This document shows, in pieces, positions 18,787 through 28,458 of a stretch of 64,000 bases of DNA. The stretch is from NCBI GenBank assembly GCA_963665295.1, contig OY762209.1:544001-608000 (forward strand), given 5' to 3'. Numbering within the stretch: the first letter of the stretch is position 1; each line of letters begins with the position of its first letter. Made by a program: the position numbers and the translations under genes. A model generated the notes under the pieces. The model did not search any database and was not told the origin of the DNA. It was given only the letters and a program-made list of their open reading frames with translations. This stretch comes from Syntrophorhabdaceae bacterium (GTDB lineage: Bacteria > Desulfobacterota > Syntrophorhabdia > Syntrophorhabdales > Syntrophorhabdaceae).

Positions 18787-20148
18787 CTAGCCGATATTAT
18801 ACTTCCTGATCTTGGAGATCAGGTTGACCCGTGATATCCCGAGGATCTGGGCGGCCTTCGTCCTGTTGCCCTTCGTATATCCCATGATCCGGGCGATGTG
18901 GTCTTTCTCCATATCCTCGAGGGACTTGAGGGGCGCGTCCATAAGCCCTCCCTCTAAGGAGGGGGTGCTTTCGAGAAAGTAATTGGGCAGGGATTTCTTC
19001 CGCACCTCGTTCGTCGACTCGATGATCACGGCGCTGTTGATGATGTTCATAAGCTCCCGTACATTCCCCGGGTAGTCATAGCGGGTCAGAAGTTTCATGG
19101 CGGCATCGGAAATCTTTTCGATCTTCTTGTTGTTCAGTTCACAGAATTTCCTCAGGAAGTGGTGGGAAAGGAGAGGGATATCCCCTTTTCTGTCCCTGAG
19201 AGGGGGGAGGAAGACGGAGTTCATGTTGAGACGGTAAAACAGGTCCTTCCGAAAATTTCCCTTCTTTATCTCCTCGTGGAGGTTCTTGTTGGTGGCGGCG
19301 ATGATCCTCACGTCGACCTTCAGGTTCTTGGTGGACCCCAGACGGAAAAACTCCCCTTCCTGGAGGACCCTCAGGAGCTTGACCTGTATGGGAAGGGCCA
19401 GTTCCCCTATTTCATCGAGAAAGAGGGTGCCCTTGTTCGCCTCTTCAACAAAGCCCCTCTTGTTCGACGTGGCCCCGGTAAAAGCCCCCTGACTGTGACC
19501 GAAAAACTCCGACGCGAAAAGTTCGTTTGCAAAGGCCCCCGCGTTCACGGCCACGAAGTTTTCCCTGTTTCTCAGGCTGATACGGTGAATAGCCCTCGCG
19601 ATAAGCTCCTTGCCTGTCCCGCTTTCACCCCACACGAGGATAGAGCTGTCCGTACGGGCCATCTTCTCCACCACGGAAAAGATCTGGAGCATCTGGTCGT
19701 TCTGGGTGATGATGTTCTTGAATGCTTCTTTAAACTGAAGTTCTTCCGCGAATTCCGCCTGTCCCGTGGTTCCCTTGCGGTTTTCCCGGTTTTCAAGCAC
19801 GCTGTTGATGAGGCTGAGAAGGCGGTCGTTGTCAACGGGCTTGGTCAGGTATTCGACGGCTCCCAGCTTCATTGCCGATACGGCAAGTTCCACGTCCTCC
19901 ACGCCGGTAAGGACGATTGTCTCCACGTCGATGTTATTCTCGTTGATATTCTTCAGGATATCGAGCCCCGTCACGTCCGGCATGTCCATATCGAGGAGCA
20001 GGAGATCGTACTGGTTGCTCTTCAGTTCGTGGTAAGCCCTGCGGCTGTCGCTCAGGGTGGTAACGTCGAGGTCGCCCGCCTGGAGCAGAAATATATTGAG
20101 ATAGTTGAGGACTGCCTGATCGTCGTCGATAACGATGACTTTTCTCAT
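18787..20148 (-). CDS. Sigma-54-dependent response regulator (NtrC family)
   Basis: Receiver + GESGTGKE + GAFTGA + FRKDLFYRL + HTH. Confidence 0.93.
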   Translation of the reverse strand: MRKVIVIDDDQAVLNYLNIFLLQAGDLDVTTLSDSRRAYHELKSNQYDLLLLDMDMPDVTGLDILKNINENNIDVETIVLTGVEDVELAVSAMKLGAVEYLTKPVDNDRLLSLINSVLENRENRKGTTGQAEFAEELQFKEAFKNIITQNDQMLQIFSVVEKMARTDSSILVWGESGTGKELIARAIHRISLRNRENFVAVNAGAFANELFASEFFGHSQGAFTGATSNKRGFVEEANKGTLFLDEIGELALPIQVKLLRVLQEGEFFRLGSTKNLKVDVRIIAATNKNLHEEIKKGNFRKDLFYRLNMNSVFLPPLRDRKGDIPLLSHHFLRKFCELNNKKIEKISDAAMKLLTRYDYPGNVRELMNIINSAVIIESTNEVRKKSLPNYFLESTPSLEGGLMDAPLKSLEDMEKDHIARIMGYTKGNRTKAAQILGISRVNLISKIRKYNIG

Positions 20149-22202
20149 CTGCTTTCCCCGGAGGCCCTGGGAATATAGATATGGAACGTGGTTTCCAGCC
20201 CCACTTTGCTGTCCACCTCTATTCTCCCCTGATGCTCCTTTATGATGCCGTAGGCTATGGAAAGGCCGAGGCCGGTCCCTCCGTGGTGCCTTTTCGTGGT
20301 AAAGAAGGGGTCGAATATCTGCTGTACCGTCCGTTCGTCCATGCCCTTTCCGTTGTCGCTCACCCTGAGTATCACTTCCTTTTCATTGTAACTCGTGGTG
20401 ACGCTGATGGTACCCCGCGCCTTGTCTATGGCCTGTGAGGCGTTGATAAGGATATTCACCACAACCTGTTGCAGCTTCTGAAGGTTTCCCACCACGGGGG
20501 GCAGGTCCGGCACGAGATCAACCTTTACGTCGGCGATTCTTCTCACCTGGTTATCGACGAGCCTGAGACAGCTCTCCACCACCGCGTTGACGCTGACCCT
20601 CTCGTTGAGCAGACCCTCGTCACGTTTCGCGAACTTCCTCAAGCCATCCACGATGCCTTTGATCCTGTTTGCCCCTTCCGCCATATCGTCAATGAGGATG
20701 GGTACGTTCTTTCTGAAGACCTCGTAGTTGAGCCTCGCGATCTTGAGGTCCGGGTGGGACTGGCCGTGGCGGTCGAGGATGGGGAATATGTCGTTCATCG
20801 CCTCCTGAATAATGTAGAGGTTTCCCCGTATGAAGGTATTCGGGTTGTTGATCTCGTGGGCTATACCGGAAACGAGTTGCCCCAGGGACGCAAGCTTGTC
20901 CGCCTGCAAAAGCTGCCGTTCCATGTTCTTCTCTTTTGTAATGACCCTGGATATTTCGAGTATCCCGTCCACCTCGCACAGGGAGTTGAAGATGGGGTAC
21001 GCCTGGAGCAGATAATAGTCATCCCCCACCACCTTCTCCTGGGTTACGGGGGCCTTTTCCGCAAGGACCTTCGCGGCAAGGCAGTCATCGCATCGGGCGC
21101 TCTGGCCGAACACCTTCTTGTAGCATTTTCCTTTGCCGCCTACGGTTTTCTGGTTCGACATGACGATGTTCAGGCCGGGGTCGATAACCACCACCGTATC
21201 CGTGATCGCCTTGAAAAGGGCCTGAAACCTCGTGCTGCTCTCTCTCAGCTTCTCCGTGAGGTTGACAAGTTCCAGGTTCTTCTTCACGAGGAGGTCTTTC
21301 TGGCGCTCAAGGTCCACGGTCCGCTCCAGGACCTTCCGTTCCAGGGTCTCGTTCTGATCGATAAGTCTCATCTCCAGTTCCTTGCGCAACCGGATGTCTT
21401 TGTATACAGCCTCCACGCACCTCCTGCCATCGTATTCGATAAAGATGTACGAACCCATCACAGGGATGCGCACTCCGTTCCTGTTTTTCAGGGTAAGTTC
21501 GAAATCCACGGCCTGGCCTTCCGCCAGCTTCTGATGGATGAGGGCCCTTATTTCGTCGAGGTTCTCAAATATATGGTCCTTGACAAAATTGAGCTGTGCC
21601 TCCTTGCCTTCCGGGTAATCGAGGAGCTGGTAGAACGCCCGGTTGGCCTTGATGATATCCCCGTTCGTCCTGGAAAGGGTGAGGGGGATAGGGGCCATCT
21701 CGAAGAGGTCCTCATAACGTTCCCTGGAACTCTCCGCTTCCTCCGCCCTCCTTCTCGCCAGCACTTCGAGTCTGCCCACGTGCTTCTCCAATTCGGCCTG
21801 GGTCTCCCGTTGCCTGATGGCACGCGAGAGGCCCCGGCTTATATGGTCAAGCATTTTTTCTTCTTCTTCGAGAAAATCCGCTGCCTTGAGATAGTAAATC
21901 TCCACGGAGCCCCTCTTCTTCCCGTCCACCGTAATGTCCGAGGTAAGGGACCGGGTGATCTTATCCTTCGCTACAGGCGTCGATGTATACTCGCTGCCGT
22001 CGAACCATATCGACGAAGCGGCTATTTCAGGGAACCGGACGCCCCGCGCCAGGTGAACCGTGCAGCGGGCGAGGACCACGGAAATATCCTCGTTCGAGGT
22101 AATTTCCGGCCCGATGTCGTACAAGCATTCCAACTCCTGCATGCGTTTCTTCAGCTCTTGTTCAACGTGCTCCATAGTGCGTGAAGACCCCATGCCTTTC
22201 AT
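20145..22202 (-). CDS. Cytoplasmic PAS sensor histidine kinase
   Basis: AHEINNP H-box, NILINA, DNGKG, FDPFFTTK, GTGLGL; PAS segments; no obvious TM. Confidence 0.92.
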   Translation of the reverse strand: MKGMGSSRTMEHVEQELKKRMQELECLYDIGPEITSNEDISVVLARCTVHLARGVRFPEIAASSIWFDGSEYTSTPVAKDKITRSLTSDITVDGKKRGSVEIYYLKAADFLEEEEKMLDHISRGLSRAIRQRETQAELEKHVGRLEVLARRRAEEAESSRERYEDLFEMAPIPLTLSRTNGDIIKANRAFYQLLDYPEGKEAQLNFVKDHIFENLDEIRALIHQKLAEGQAVDFELTLKNRNGVRIPVMGSYIFIEYDGRRCVEAVYKDIRLRKELEMRLIDQNETLERKVLERTVDLERQKDLLVKKNLELVNLTEKLRESSTRFQALFKAITDTVVVIDPGLNIVMSNQKTVGGKGKCYKKVFGQSARCDDCLAAKVLAEKAPVTQEKVVGDDYYLLQAYPIFNSLCEVDGILEISRVITKEKNMERQLLQADKLASLGQLVSGIAHEINNPNTFIRGNLYIIQEAMNDIFPILDRHGQSHPDLKIARLNYEVFRKNVPILIDDMAEGANRIKGIVDGLRKFAKRDEGLLNERVSVNAVVESCLRLVDNQVRRIADVKVDLVPDLPPVVGNLQKLQQVVVNILINASQAIDKARGTISVTTSYNEKEVILRVSDNGKGMDERTVQQIFDPFFTTKRHHGGTGLGLSIAYGIIKEHQGRIEVDSKVGLETTFHIYIPRASGESR

Positions 22203-22299
22203 ATGTAATTAACCCCCGCTTATCTGTTAAATATACCACACAATGGGGCTGAAATGCATCGTACCATCGGGCCCGGTCATACCGTGGTCTATTTTCGGA

Positions 22300-25200
22300 T
22301 CATTGCCTCAACCTGCCTCTCACCTTCATCTCGAAGTAGCTTTCCGAGTAAAGGTAGGGTTTCTTTTCAATGCTCTGGGGTGAAACGTTCACGGGTACCG
22401 CAATGAACCTGCCTTTCCCGTCAGCGGTAGCGAATCCTTTCGCAAAAAGGTCCTTGCCGCGGAACGCGCCCTTCGCGAGTCCCTTGTATGCGGGGTTGGC
22501 TTCTTCTATCTCGGCGTGAATCCCGGCAGTGGACTTGTATCCAAAAGACATGCCCATCAGCTCCGCGAGCTTATTGATGATCTGCCAGGTTTCGAGTCCT
22601 GTGGCGGGCTCGAACACCTTGTTTACCGCCTGGACCCTTCCGTCGCAGCTCGTCTGGGTGCCGCTCGTTTCAACGGGCAGGGAAGCCGGTAATACGACTT
22701 CCGCCTCCATGGCCGTCGCCGTCATGACACTGTCGACTACGAGCATGAACTCCGAACCGCCCGTCAGCCCGAGGTTCGCCGTCTCCCTGAGCGGATCTTC
22801 ACCAAAAATGAGGAGGGCCTTGATCCGGTCTTTCTCCATCTCGCCCTTCAGGTCCGTTATCCCGGACGCATCCCGGAAGGGGACGTTCCCCGGAAGGTAC
22901 CGCGGGTCCGCGCCCATGTCGAAAAGGCCCTGGGAGTTGGAGAAATCTCTCAGTATGATGATCCCGTTGCCTGCTTTTCCGATCCGGCCCGTGAGCATCA
23001 TGAGGTTCCCGATCGCTTTGAGGTCGTTTTCCGACTTTTCCCACAGGGAGTCGATATTGTAAAGGACGATCACATTGAGACCCGGCTCCCCCAGGAGGTC
23101 GGCCAGGGCGCTCACTTTCTCCTTGTCCACCCCTGTGGTGGCGGACACGGCGTTCACATCCAGATTGGCTACCGATTTCTTGAAGGCCTCGAAACCTTCA
23201 GTCCGTTTCGCGATATAATCCTTGTCCACGGCCCCTTTTTCGATCAGAGCCTGACAGAGCCCGTTTATGAGGGCCGTATTGGTCCCGCGCTTCGAGTCGA
23301 TCCACAGGTCGGAGAACTTATTGAGGGGGATTTCCGACGAATTGACGGTGACGAGGCGGGTCCCTGACTTCTGGGCAGCCTTCACCTTCAGCTCGGCGAT
23401 CAGGTTTTCCTCCGACAGGTCGGCGTTTATCACGAGGACCACGTCCGCCGCCGCCAGTTCGTCCATGGTGGTGGTCGAAGTGGTGACCCCGAACATGCCG
23501 TCCAGGGCATCCTGGTCAACACCGTTCAAAAGGTTGCTGAAACTTCCGATATTGTTGGTCCCAAGCCCTGCCCTCACGAACTTCTGGAGCAGGAAAAGTT
23601 CTTCGTTCGTCATGCGGGGCGATCCGAAGACGGCCACCGACCCGGGCCCGTGGGTAGCCACGATCGATTTCAGCCGTTTCGCCGCGTGATCGAAGGCCTG
23701 GTCCCATGTCGCCTCGACGTGGGCCCCTTTCTTCTTTATCTGCGGCTTCGTCAGCCTCCCCTCATCCAGCATGTAGCGGAAACCCCACCGCCCCTTGGAG
23801 CAGAGGTAACCCTTGTTGTGGGATTCCCCGTTCACGTTGAGGACGGTAAAGGCGTGGTCGCCGAAGACCTTGTAACTCAGGTTGCAGCCTATGGAACAGA
23901 AACCGCACACCGATTCGACGGTATCGTAGGCCCAGGGTCCCGGCTTCGGGAAGGGCAGCTTCTCGGTTATGGCGCCGGTGGGACAGGCGGCGATGCAGTT
24001 TCCACAGGAGATGCACGTGGTTTCAAGGAGCTCCTTCTCCATGGAGGGCTTTACCACCGATCTGAAACCCCTGTACACGAAGCCGAGGGCCGAGACCTTC
24101 AGTATTTCGGAGCACGTCCTCACGCACCGGCCGCAGTTGATGCACTTGTTCGGGTCGAGAGCGATGAAGGGGTGGTTCTTGTCAATCTTATACTGCCGGA
24201 CATCACCCACGAAACGGGAAATGTCCACGCCGAAATCGGACGCGTACTTCCGGAGGGCGCAGTCGAAATAGGCGGAACAGCCGCACTCCAGGCAGCGGGC
24301 GGCTTCATTGGCCATCTGCTCTTCCGTGAAGCCGAGCTCCACCTCGGTGAAGGTCCTTATTCTCTCCTCTACGGGGAGTTCGGGCATCTTCTCCTTGGTT
24401 ATCTTCGCCCATGAGGCAAACTCGCTCTCCGGTATCTCTCCGAAGTCCTCTTTCCTGCTTATGAATCCCTTGGACTCCTCTTTTACGCTTCCGGCCGTCA
24501 CGTACTCGTCGATCGACTCCGCGGCAATCTTGCCGTGGGCTATGGCGTCGATGGCGACGGCGGGACCGGTAATCACGTCCCCACCGGCGAAAACGCCGGG
24601 TATGGACGTTTCAAAGGTGGCTTTGGAGGCGACAATCACATTCTGGCGCGTCGTCTTGAGCGTGCCGTCGGCATTGATTTTACCCAGATCGATGTCCTGA
24701 CCGATGGCCGATATGGCGAAGTCGCACTTGAGGTCATATTCGGAGCCCTTGATGGTCACGGGGCTTCTTCTGCCGCTTGCGTCCGGCTCACCCAGTTCCA
24801 TGCGGATGCAGGTGAGGGCCTCGAGACGGCCGTCTTTCGTGACGATACCGGTGGGGGCTGAAAGCTGGATCAGCTCCACCCCTTCTTCGAGGGCCGCGTC
24901 TATTTCCATGTCATGGGCGGGCATCTCTTTCTTTGTACGCCTGTAGAGGAGGGTAACCTTATCGGCGCCCATGCGAAGGGCCGAGCGGGCCGCATCGATG
25001 GCTGTGTTGCCTCCGCCCACCACAACGACCCTGCCGTATATCTCAGGCATCTTGTCCGCCTGGAGCTGTCTTAAAAAGTCCGCACCCCGGAGCACGCCGG
25101 GCGTCGCGTCTTCGCCCTCTATGCCCATGGCCTTGCCCTTCTGGGCTCCCAGAGCGAGGAAGATCGCATCGCACCCCTCCTTCTTCAGGGATTCGATGGT

Positions 25201-26010
25201 GAAATCCTCACCGAGCACGGAGTTCGTCTTCACCTCGACCCCGAGGTCCGTAATCCACTTGATCTCCCTGTCGAGGGTCTTTTTGGGAAGGCGGTATTCG
25301 GGTATGCCGTACCTGAGCATGCCTCCCAGGTGAGGTGAGCCTTCGTAAAGGGTAATGTTATAGCCTTTCAGGGCGAGGAAATAGGCGCAGGTGAGACCGG
25401 CGGGTCCGCCGCCCACGATGGCAACCTTCTTCCCGTTCTTTGCGGGGACTTGCGGGGTCCACGGGTCCTCTATGTCGATATCCGAGGCATAGCGCTTCAG
25501 ATAGTCGATGCCCACGCGGTCGTCCACCCTGTTTCTCCGGCAGGCTGTCTCGCATTCCCTCACGCAGACCCTGCCGCACACGATGGGCAGCGGGTTGGTC
25601 TGTTTTATGAGCTTTACCGCCTCTTTGAACTTGCCCATCGCCATGAGGGCGATGTATCCCTGGACATCGACGCCGGCGGGGCACGTCTGGGTGCAGGGAC
25701 CGAGGCAGTCCGCATAGTGGTTCGAGAGGAGCAACTCCAGGGCCGTCCTTCTCGAATTCCTGATCCTGTCATTGTTGGTCTCCACCACCATACCGTCCGC
25801 CACGGGACTTGAACATGAGGGAACCAGTTTTTCGAGACCCTTGACCTCAACCACGCAGAGATAACAGGAACCGTATGGCGGAAGCTTCGGGTCCCAGCAC
25901 AGGGTTGGTATGTCATCGACTTGATTTGCCCGGACCACATCGAGGATCGTCTGTCCGGGGCTTGCCGCGTATTCTTTGCCGTTGATCGTTATTTTCAGGT
26001 TTGTCGTCAT
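22300..26010 (-). CDS. Large Fe-S flavoprotein: [2Fe-2S] + GltD-like FAD/NAD(P) domain + 2x[4Fe-4S] + FdhA/NuoG-like molybdopterin-fold domain (NfnA/BfuA-like)
   Basis: N-terminal 2Fe-2S cysteines; GGGPAG and GGGNTA dinucleotide motifs; CINCGRC, CISCGNC, CGFCSIGC; GTNNIGSFS where FDHs carry the Mo-ligand Cys/Sec. Confidence 0.85.
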   Translation of the reverse strand: MTTNLKITINGKEYAASPGQTILDVVRANQVDDIPTLCWDPKLPPYGSCYLCVVEVKGLEKLVPSCSSPVADGMVVETNNDRIRNSRRTALELLLSNHYADCLGPCTQTCPAGVDVQGYIALMAMGKFKEAVKLIKQTNPLPIVCGRVCVRECETACRRNRVDDRVGIDYLKRYASDIDIEDPWTPQVPAKNGKKVAIVGGGPAGLTCAYFLALKGYNITLYEGSPHLGGMLRYGIPEYRLPKKTLDREIKWITDLGVEVKTNSVLGEDFTIESLKKEGCDAIFLALGAQKGKAMGIEGEDATPGVLRGADFLRQLQADKMPEIYGRVVVVGGGNTAIDAARSALRMGADKVTLLYRRTKKEMPAHDMEIDAALEEGVELIQLSAPTGIVTKDGRLEALTCIRMELGEPDASGRRSPVTIKGSEYDLKCDFAISAIGQDIDLGKINADGTLKTTRQNVIVASKATFETSIPGVFAGGDVITGPAVAIDAIAHGKIAAESIDEYVTAGSVKEESKGFISRKEDFGEIPESEFASWAKITKEKMPELPVEERIRTFTEVELGFTEEQMANEAARCLECGCSAYFDCALRKYASDFGVDISRFVGDVRQYKIDKNHPFIALDPNKCINCGRCVRTCSEILKVSALGFVYRGFRSVVKPSMEKELLETTCISCGNCIAACPTGAITEKLPFPKPGPWAYDTVESVCGFCSIGCNLSYKVFGDHAFTVLNVNGESHNKGYLCSKGRWGFRYMLDEGRLTKPQIKKKGAHVEATWDQAFDHAAKRLKSIVATHGPGSVAVFGSPRMTNEELFLLQKFVRAGLGTNNIGSFSNLLNGVDQDALDGMFGVTTSTTTMDELAAADVVLVINADLSEENLIAELKVKAAQKSGTRLVTVNSSEIPLNKFSDLWIDSKRGTNTALINGLCQALIEKGAVDKDYIAKRTEGFEAFKKSVANLDVNAVSATTGVDKEKVSALADLLGEPGLNVIVLYNIDSLWEKSENDLKAIGNLMMLTGRIGKAGNGIIILRDFSNSQGLFDMGADPRYLPGNVPFRDASGITDLKGEMEKDRIKALLIFGEDPLRETANLGLTGGSEFMLVVDSVMTATAMEAEVVLPASLPVETSGTQTSCDGRVQAVNKVFEPATGLETWQIINKLAELMGMSFGYKSTAGIHAEIEEANPAYKGLAKGAFRGKDLFAKGFATADGKGRFIAVPVNVSPQSIEKKPYLYSESYFEMKVRGRLRQ

Positions 26011-26026
26011 TCTTGGTTCTCCATAG

Positions 26027-27793
26027 TTAGTTTTTTGCCACCGCATCGAACTTGCAGGTTTCAAAACACTTGCCGCACTTTACGCAGAGGGCAGTATTGA
26101 TCTCATGAACCTTCTTCTTCTCGCCGGTTATTGCCTCCACGGGACATGCCTTGGCGCAGGCCATGCAACCCTTGCATTTATCCGCCAGTATCCCGTAGGT
26201 CAGGAGCGCCGAACAACTGTGGGCCGGACATTTCTTGTCGTGGATGTGGGCCTCGTATTCTTCAGGGAAATATTTGAGGGTGGTGAGAACGGGGTTGGGC
26301 GCGGTCTGGCCGAGGCCGCAGATCGTGTTGTTCTTGATCTCGTAAGCGAGGTTCCTGAGGAGATCCACGTCGCCCGCCTGTCCGTTGCCTTCCGTGATCC
26401 TCTCCAGGATCTCCAGCATGCGTTTCGTTCCGATGCGGCAGAAGGTGCACTTCCCGCACGATTCTTCCTGGGTGAAGGTGAGGAAGAACTTGGCCATTTC
26501 GACCATGCAGGTAGTCTCGTCCATAACCACGAGACCGCCGGAGCCCATGATGGCGCCTGTCTTGTTGATCTGCTGGTAGTCGATCTGCAGGTCACCCATG
26601 GATGCGGGGATACACCCGCCGGAAGGACCTCCCATCTGCACTGCCTTGAATTTCTTGTTGTCTTTTATGCCGCCGCCTATGTCGTAGACGATCTCGTTGA
26701 TCGTAATACCCATGGGGACTTCGGCAAGGCCTCCCCTTGCAATCTTACCCGCCAGGGCAAAGACTTTTGTCCCTTTGCTGTCGTTGGTTCCCATGGATGA
26801 GAAGGCTTCCGCCCCGTTAAGTATGATCCACGCCAGATTGGCGAAGGTTTCCACGTTGTTGATGTTGGTGGGCTTTCCCCATAGACCGCTGTTCGCAGGG
26901 AAAGGCGGCCTGAACCGGGGCATCCCTCTTTTGCCTTCGATGGATGCAATAAGGGCCGTCTCTTCACCGCACACGAAGGCGCCCGCCCCTTCCTTGATCT
27001 TGATGGAGAAGTTGAAGTTTGAGCCGAAGATGTTCTTGCCGAGGAACCCCCTCGACAGGGCGGTTCTGATGGAGTCCTTGAGGCGCTTCACCGCTTTCGG
27101 GTACTCCGCCCTCACGTATATGTAGCCTTCGTCCGCGCCGATGGCGTAGGCGCAGATCATCATGCCTTCCAGCACGGAGTGGGGATCGCTCTCCAGGGTG
27201 CTGCGGTCCATGAACGCGCCGGGATCGCCTTCATCGGCATTACAGATGATGTACTTCTTGTCTCCCGCGGCCTGCCTGCAGAACTTCCACTTGAGGCCTG
27301 TAAGGAACCCGCCGCCGCCCCTGCCTCTCAGTCCCGAATTCGAAATGATCTCTATGACCTTTTCCGGTGTATATTCTGTGAGGACCTTTTGGATCGCTTT
27401 GTAGCCATCCACCGCCATATATTCATCGATAGAATTGGGGTCGATAATCCCGCAATTCCTGAGCACGATCTTATGCTGTTTACTGAGGAAGGAGTCGTCT
27501 TCCGAAGGGCCGGAATTCTTTACGACCCATTCCCTGACCGGGGTGTTACCCACTACATGCTCGGTCATTATCCTTTTCGCCTTTTCAGGCGTTACATCGC
27601 CATAGAGGAAGGAATGGCTCTCTTCGTCGATCACCTCTATAAGGGGCTCGCGGTAACACATCCCGCAGCATCCGGTCTCCTTGAGAAGAACCTGGATATT
27701 CTGTTTCTCGATTTCGTCCTTTATGGCCTCATAAGTCTTATCTCCACCCGCAGATACGCCGCACGTCCCAAGTCCGACTTTTATTGTCTTCAT
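26027..27793 (-). CDS. NuoF/HydB-like FMN/NADH-binding subunit with N-terminal thioredoxin-like 2Fe-2S and C-terminal 2x[4Fe-4S]
   Basis: GLRGRGGGGF, NADEGDPGAFMDR, GAGAFVCGEET, NNVETF, SCGKCTFC, CKGCMAC, CVKCGKC. Confidence 0.92.
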   Translation of the reverse strand: MKTIKVGLGTCGVSAGGDKTYEAIKDEIEKQNIQVLLKETGCCGMCYREPLIEVIDEESHSFLYGDVTPEKAKRIMTEHVVGNTPVREWVVKNSGPSEDDSFLSKQHKIVLRNCGIIDPNSIDEYMAVDGYKAIQKVLTEYTPEKVIEIISNSGLRGRGGGGFLTGLKWKFCRQAAGDKKYIICNADEGDPGAFMDRSTLESDPHSVLEGMMICAYAIGADEGYIYVRAEYPKAVKRLKDSIRTALSRGFLGKNIFGSNFNFSIKIKEGAGAFVCGEETALIASIEGKRGMPRFRPPFPANSGLWGKPTNINNVETFANLAWIILNGAEAFSSMGTNDSKGTKVFALAGKIARGGLAEVPMGITINEIVYDIGGGIKDNKKFKAVQMGGPSGGCIPASMGDLQIDYQQINKTGAIMGSGGLVVMDETTCMVEMAKFFLTFTQEESCGKCTFCRIGTKRMLEILERITEGNGQAGDVDLLRNLAYEIKNNTICGLGQTAPNPVLTTLKYFPEEYEAHIHDKKCPAHSCSALLTYGILADKCKGCMACAKACPVEAITGEKKKVHEINTALCVKCGKCFETCKFDAVAKN

Positions 27794-27799
27794 CCTTCA

Positions 27800-28306
27800 T
27801 CACTCTCCCTTTGAGTTCTCTTTATATTCCTTGAGCAGTTGCTGAACCTTCTTCGTGGTGAGCCGCCCGTAGGTCTCATCGTTGATCATGAGCACCGGTG
27901 AAAGAGAGCAGCACCCGAGGCACGCAACCTTTTGCACGGTAAAGAGTCCGTCGTCCGTTGTCTCATTATTGCCCAGCTGCAACTCGCTCTCGAGGGTCCT
28001 GATGATGCCCGTGGAAGCGTTCACATGACAGGCCGTGCCGTCGCAGACCTTGATAATGTTCTTCCCCATCGGTTTCAGGCGGAACTGGGAGTAAAACGTG
28101 ATGACTCCGTAGATGTCGGCGGAGGGAATGCCCACGACCTCGCTGATGTGGTCGATCGCCGATTCCGGGATGTAGCCGTACGTCTCCTGAGCAGACTGAA
28201 GAAGAGGTATGAGGGCCCCCTTCTCGCCCTGGTATTTCCAGAGCTCGATCTTGAAATTGGAAAAACCGTTGCTGACTTGATCTTTCTTCGCGTTTTCGAT
28301 AGCCAT
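27800..28306 (-). CDS. NuoE/HydC-like [2Fe-2S] subunit
   Basis: LIPLLQ..Q..YGY, TFYSQF, CDGTAC, CLGCC. Confidence 0.92.
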   Translation of the reverse strand: MAIENAKKDQVSNGFSNFKIELWKYQGEKGALIPLLQSAQETYGYIPESAIDHISEVVGIPSADIYGVITFYSQFRLKPMGKNIIKVCDGTACHVNASTGIIRTLESELQLGNNETTDDGLFTVQKVACLGCCSLSPVLMINDETYGRLTTKKVQQLLKEYKENSKGE

Positions 28307-28458
28307 TTCTACTCTCCCCTAATGAAATGTAATCGCATGGCGCCAGGGTGGATGCACACCAGCCTTGTTACGGCAAAACTCCGCCCTGGAAGCCTGCCTG
28401 AACAGGGCCCCCGGGGCGAAGTAGTAATTGGATTAACGTTAAAGCAGCTCTCTCCGTA

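Noticed and set aside
20469..22184. Long antisense ORFs (571 aa here; also 59456-60997, 56334-57623, 19159-20178, 1319-2329 and others)
   Set aside because: Shadow ORFs opposite well-supported genes in GC-rich DNA; no recognisable motifs.
22300..26010. Formate dehydrogenase, selenoprotein or [FeFe]-hydrogenase call
   Set aside because: No Cys/Sec at the Mo-ligand position, no in-frame TGA, and no H-cluster motifs.
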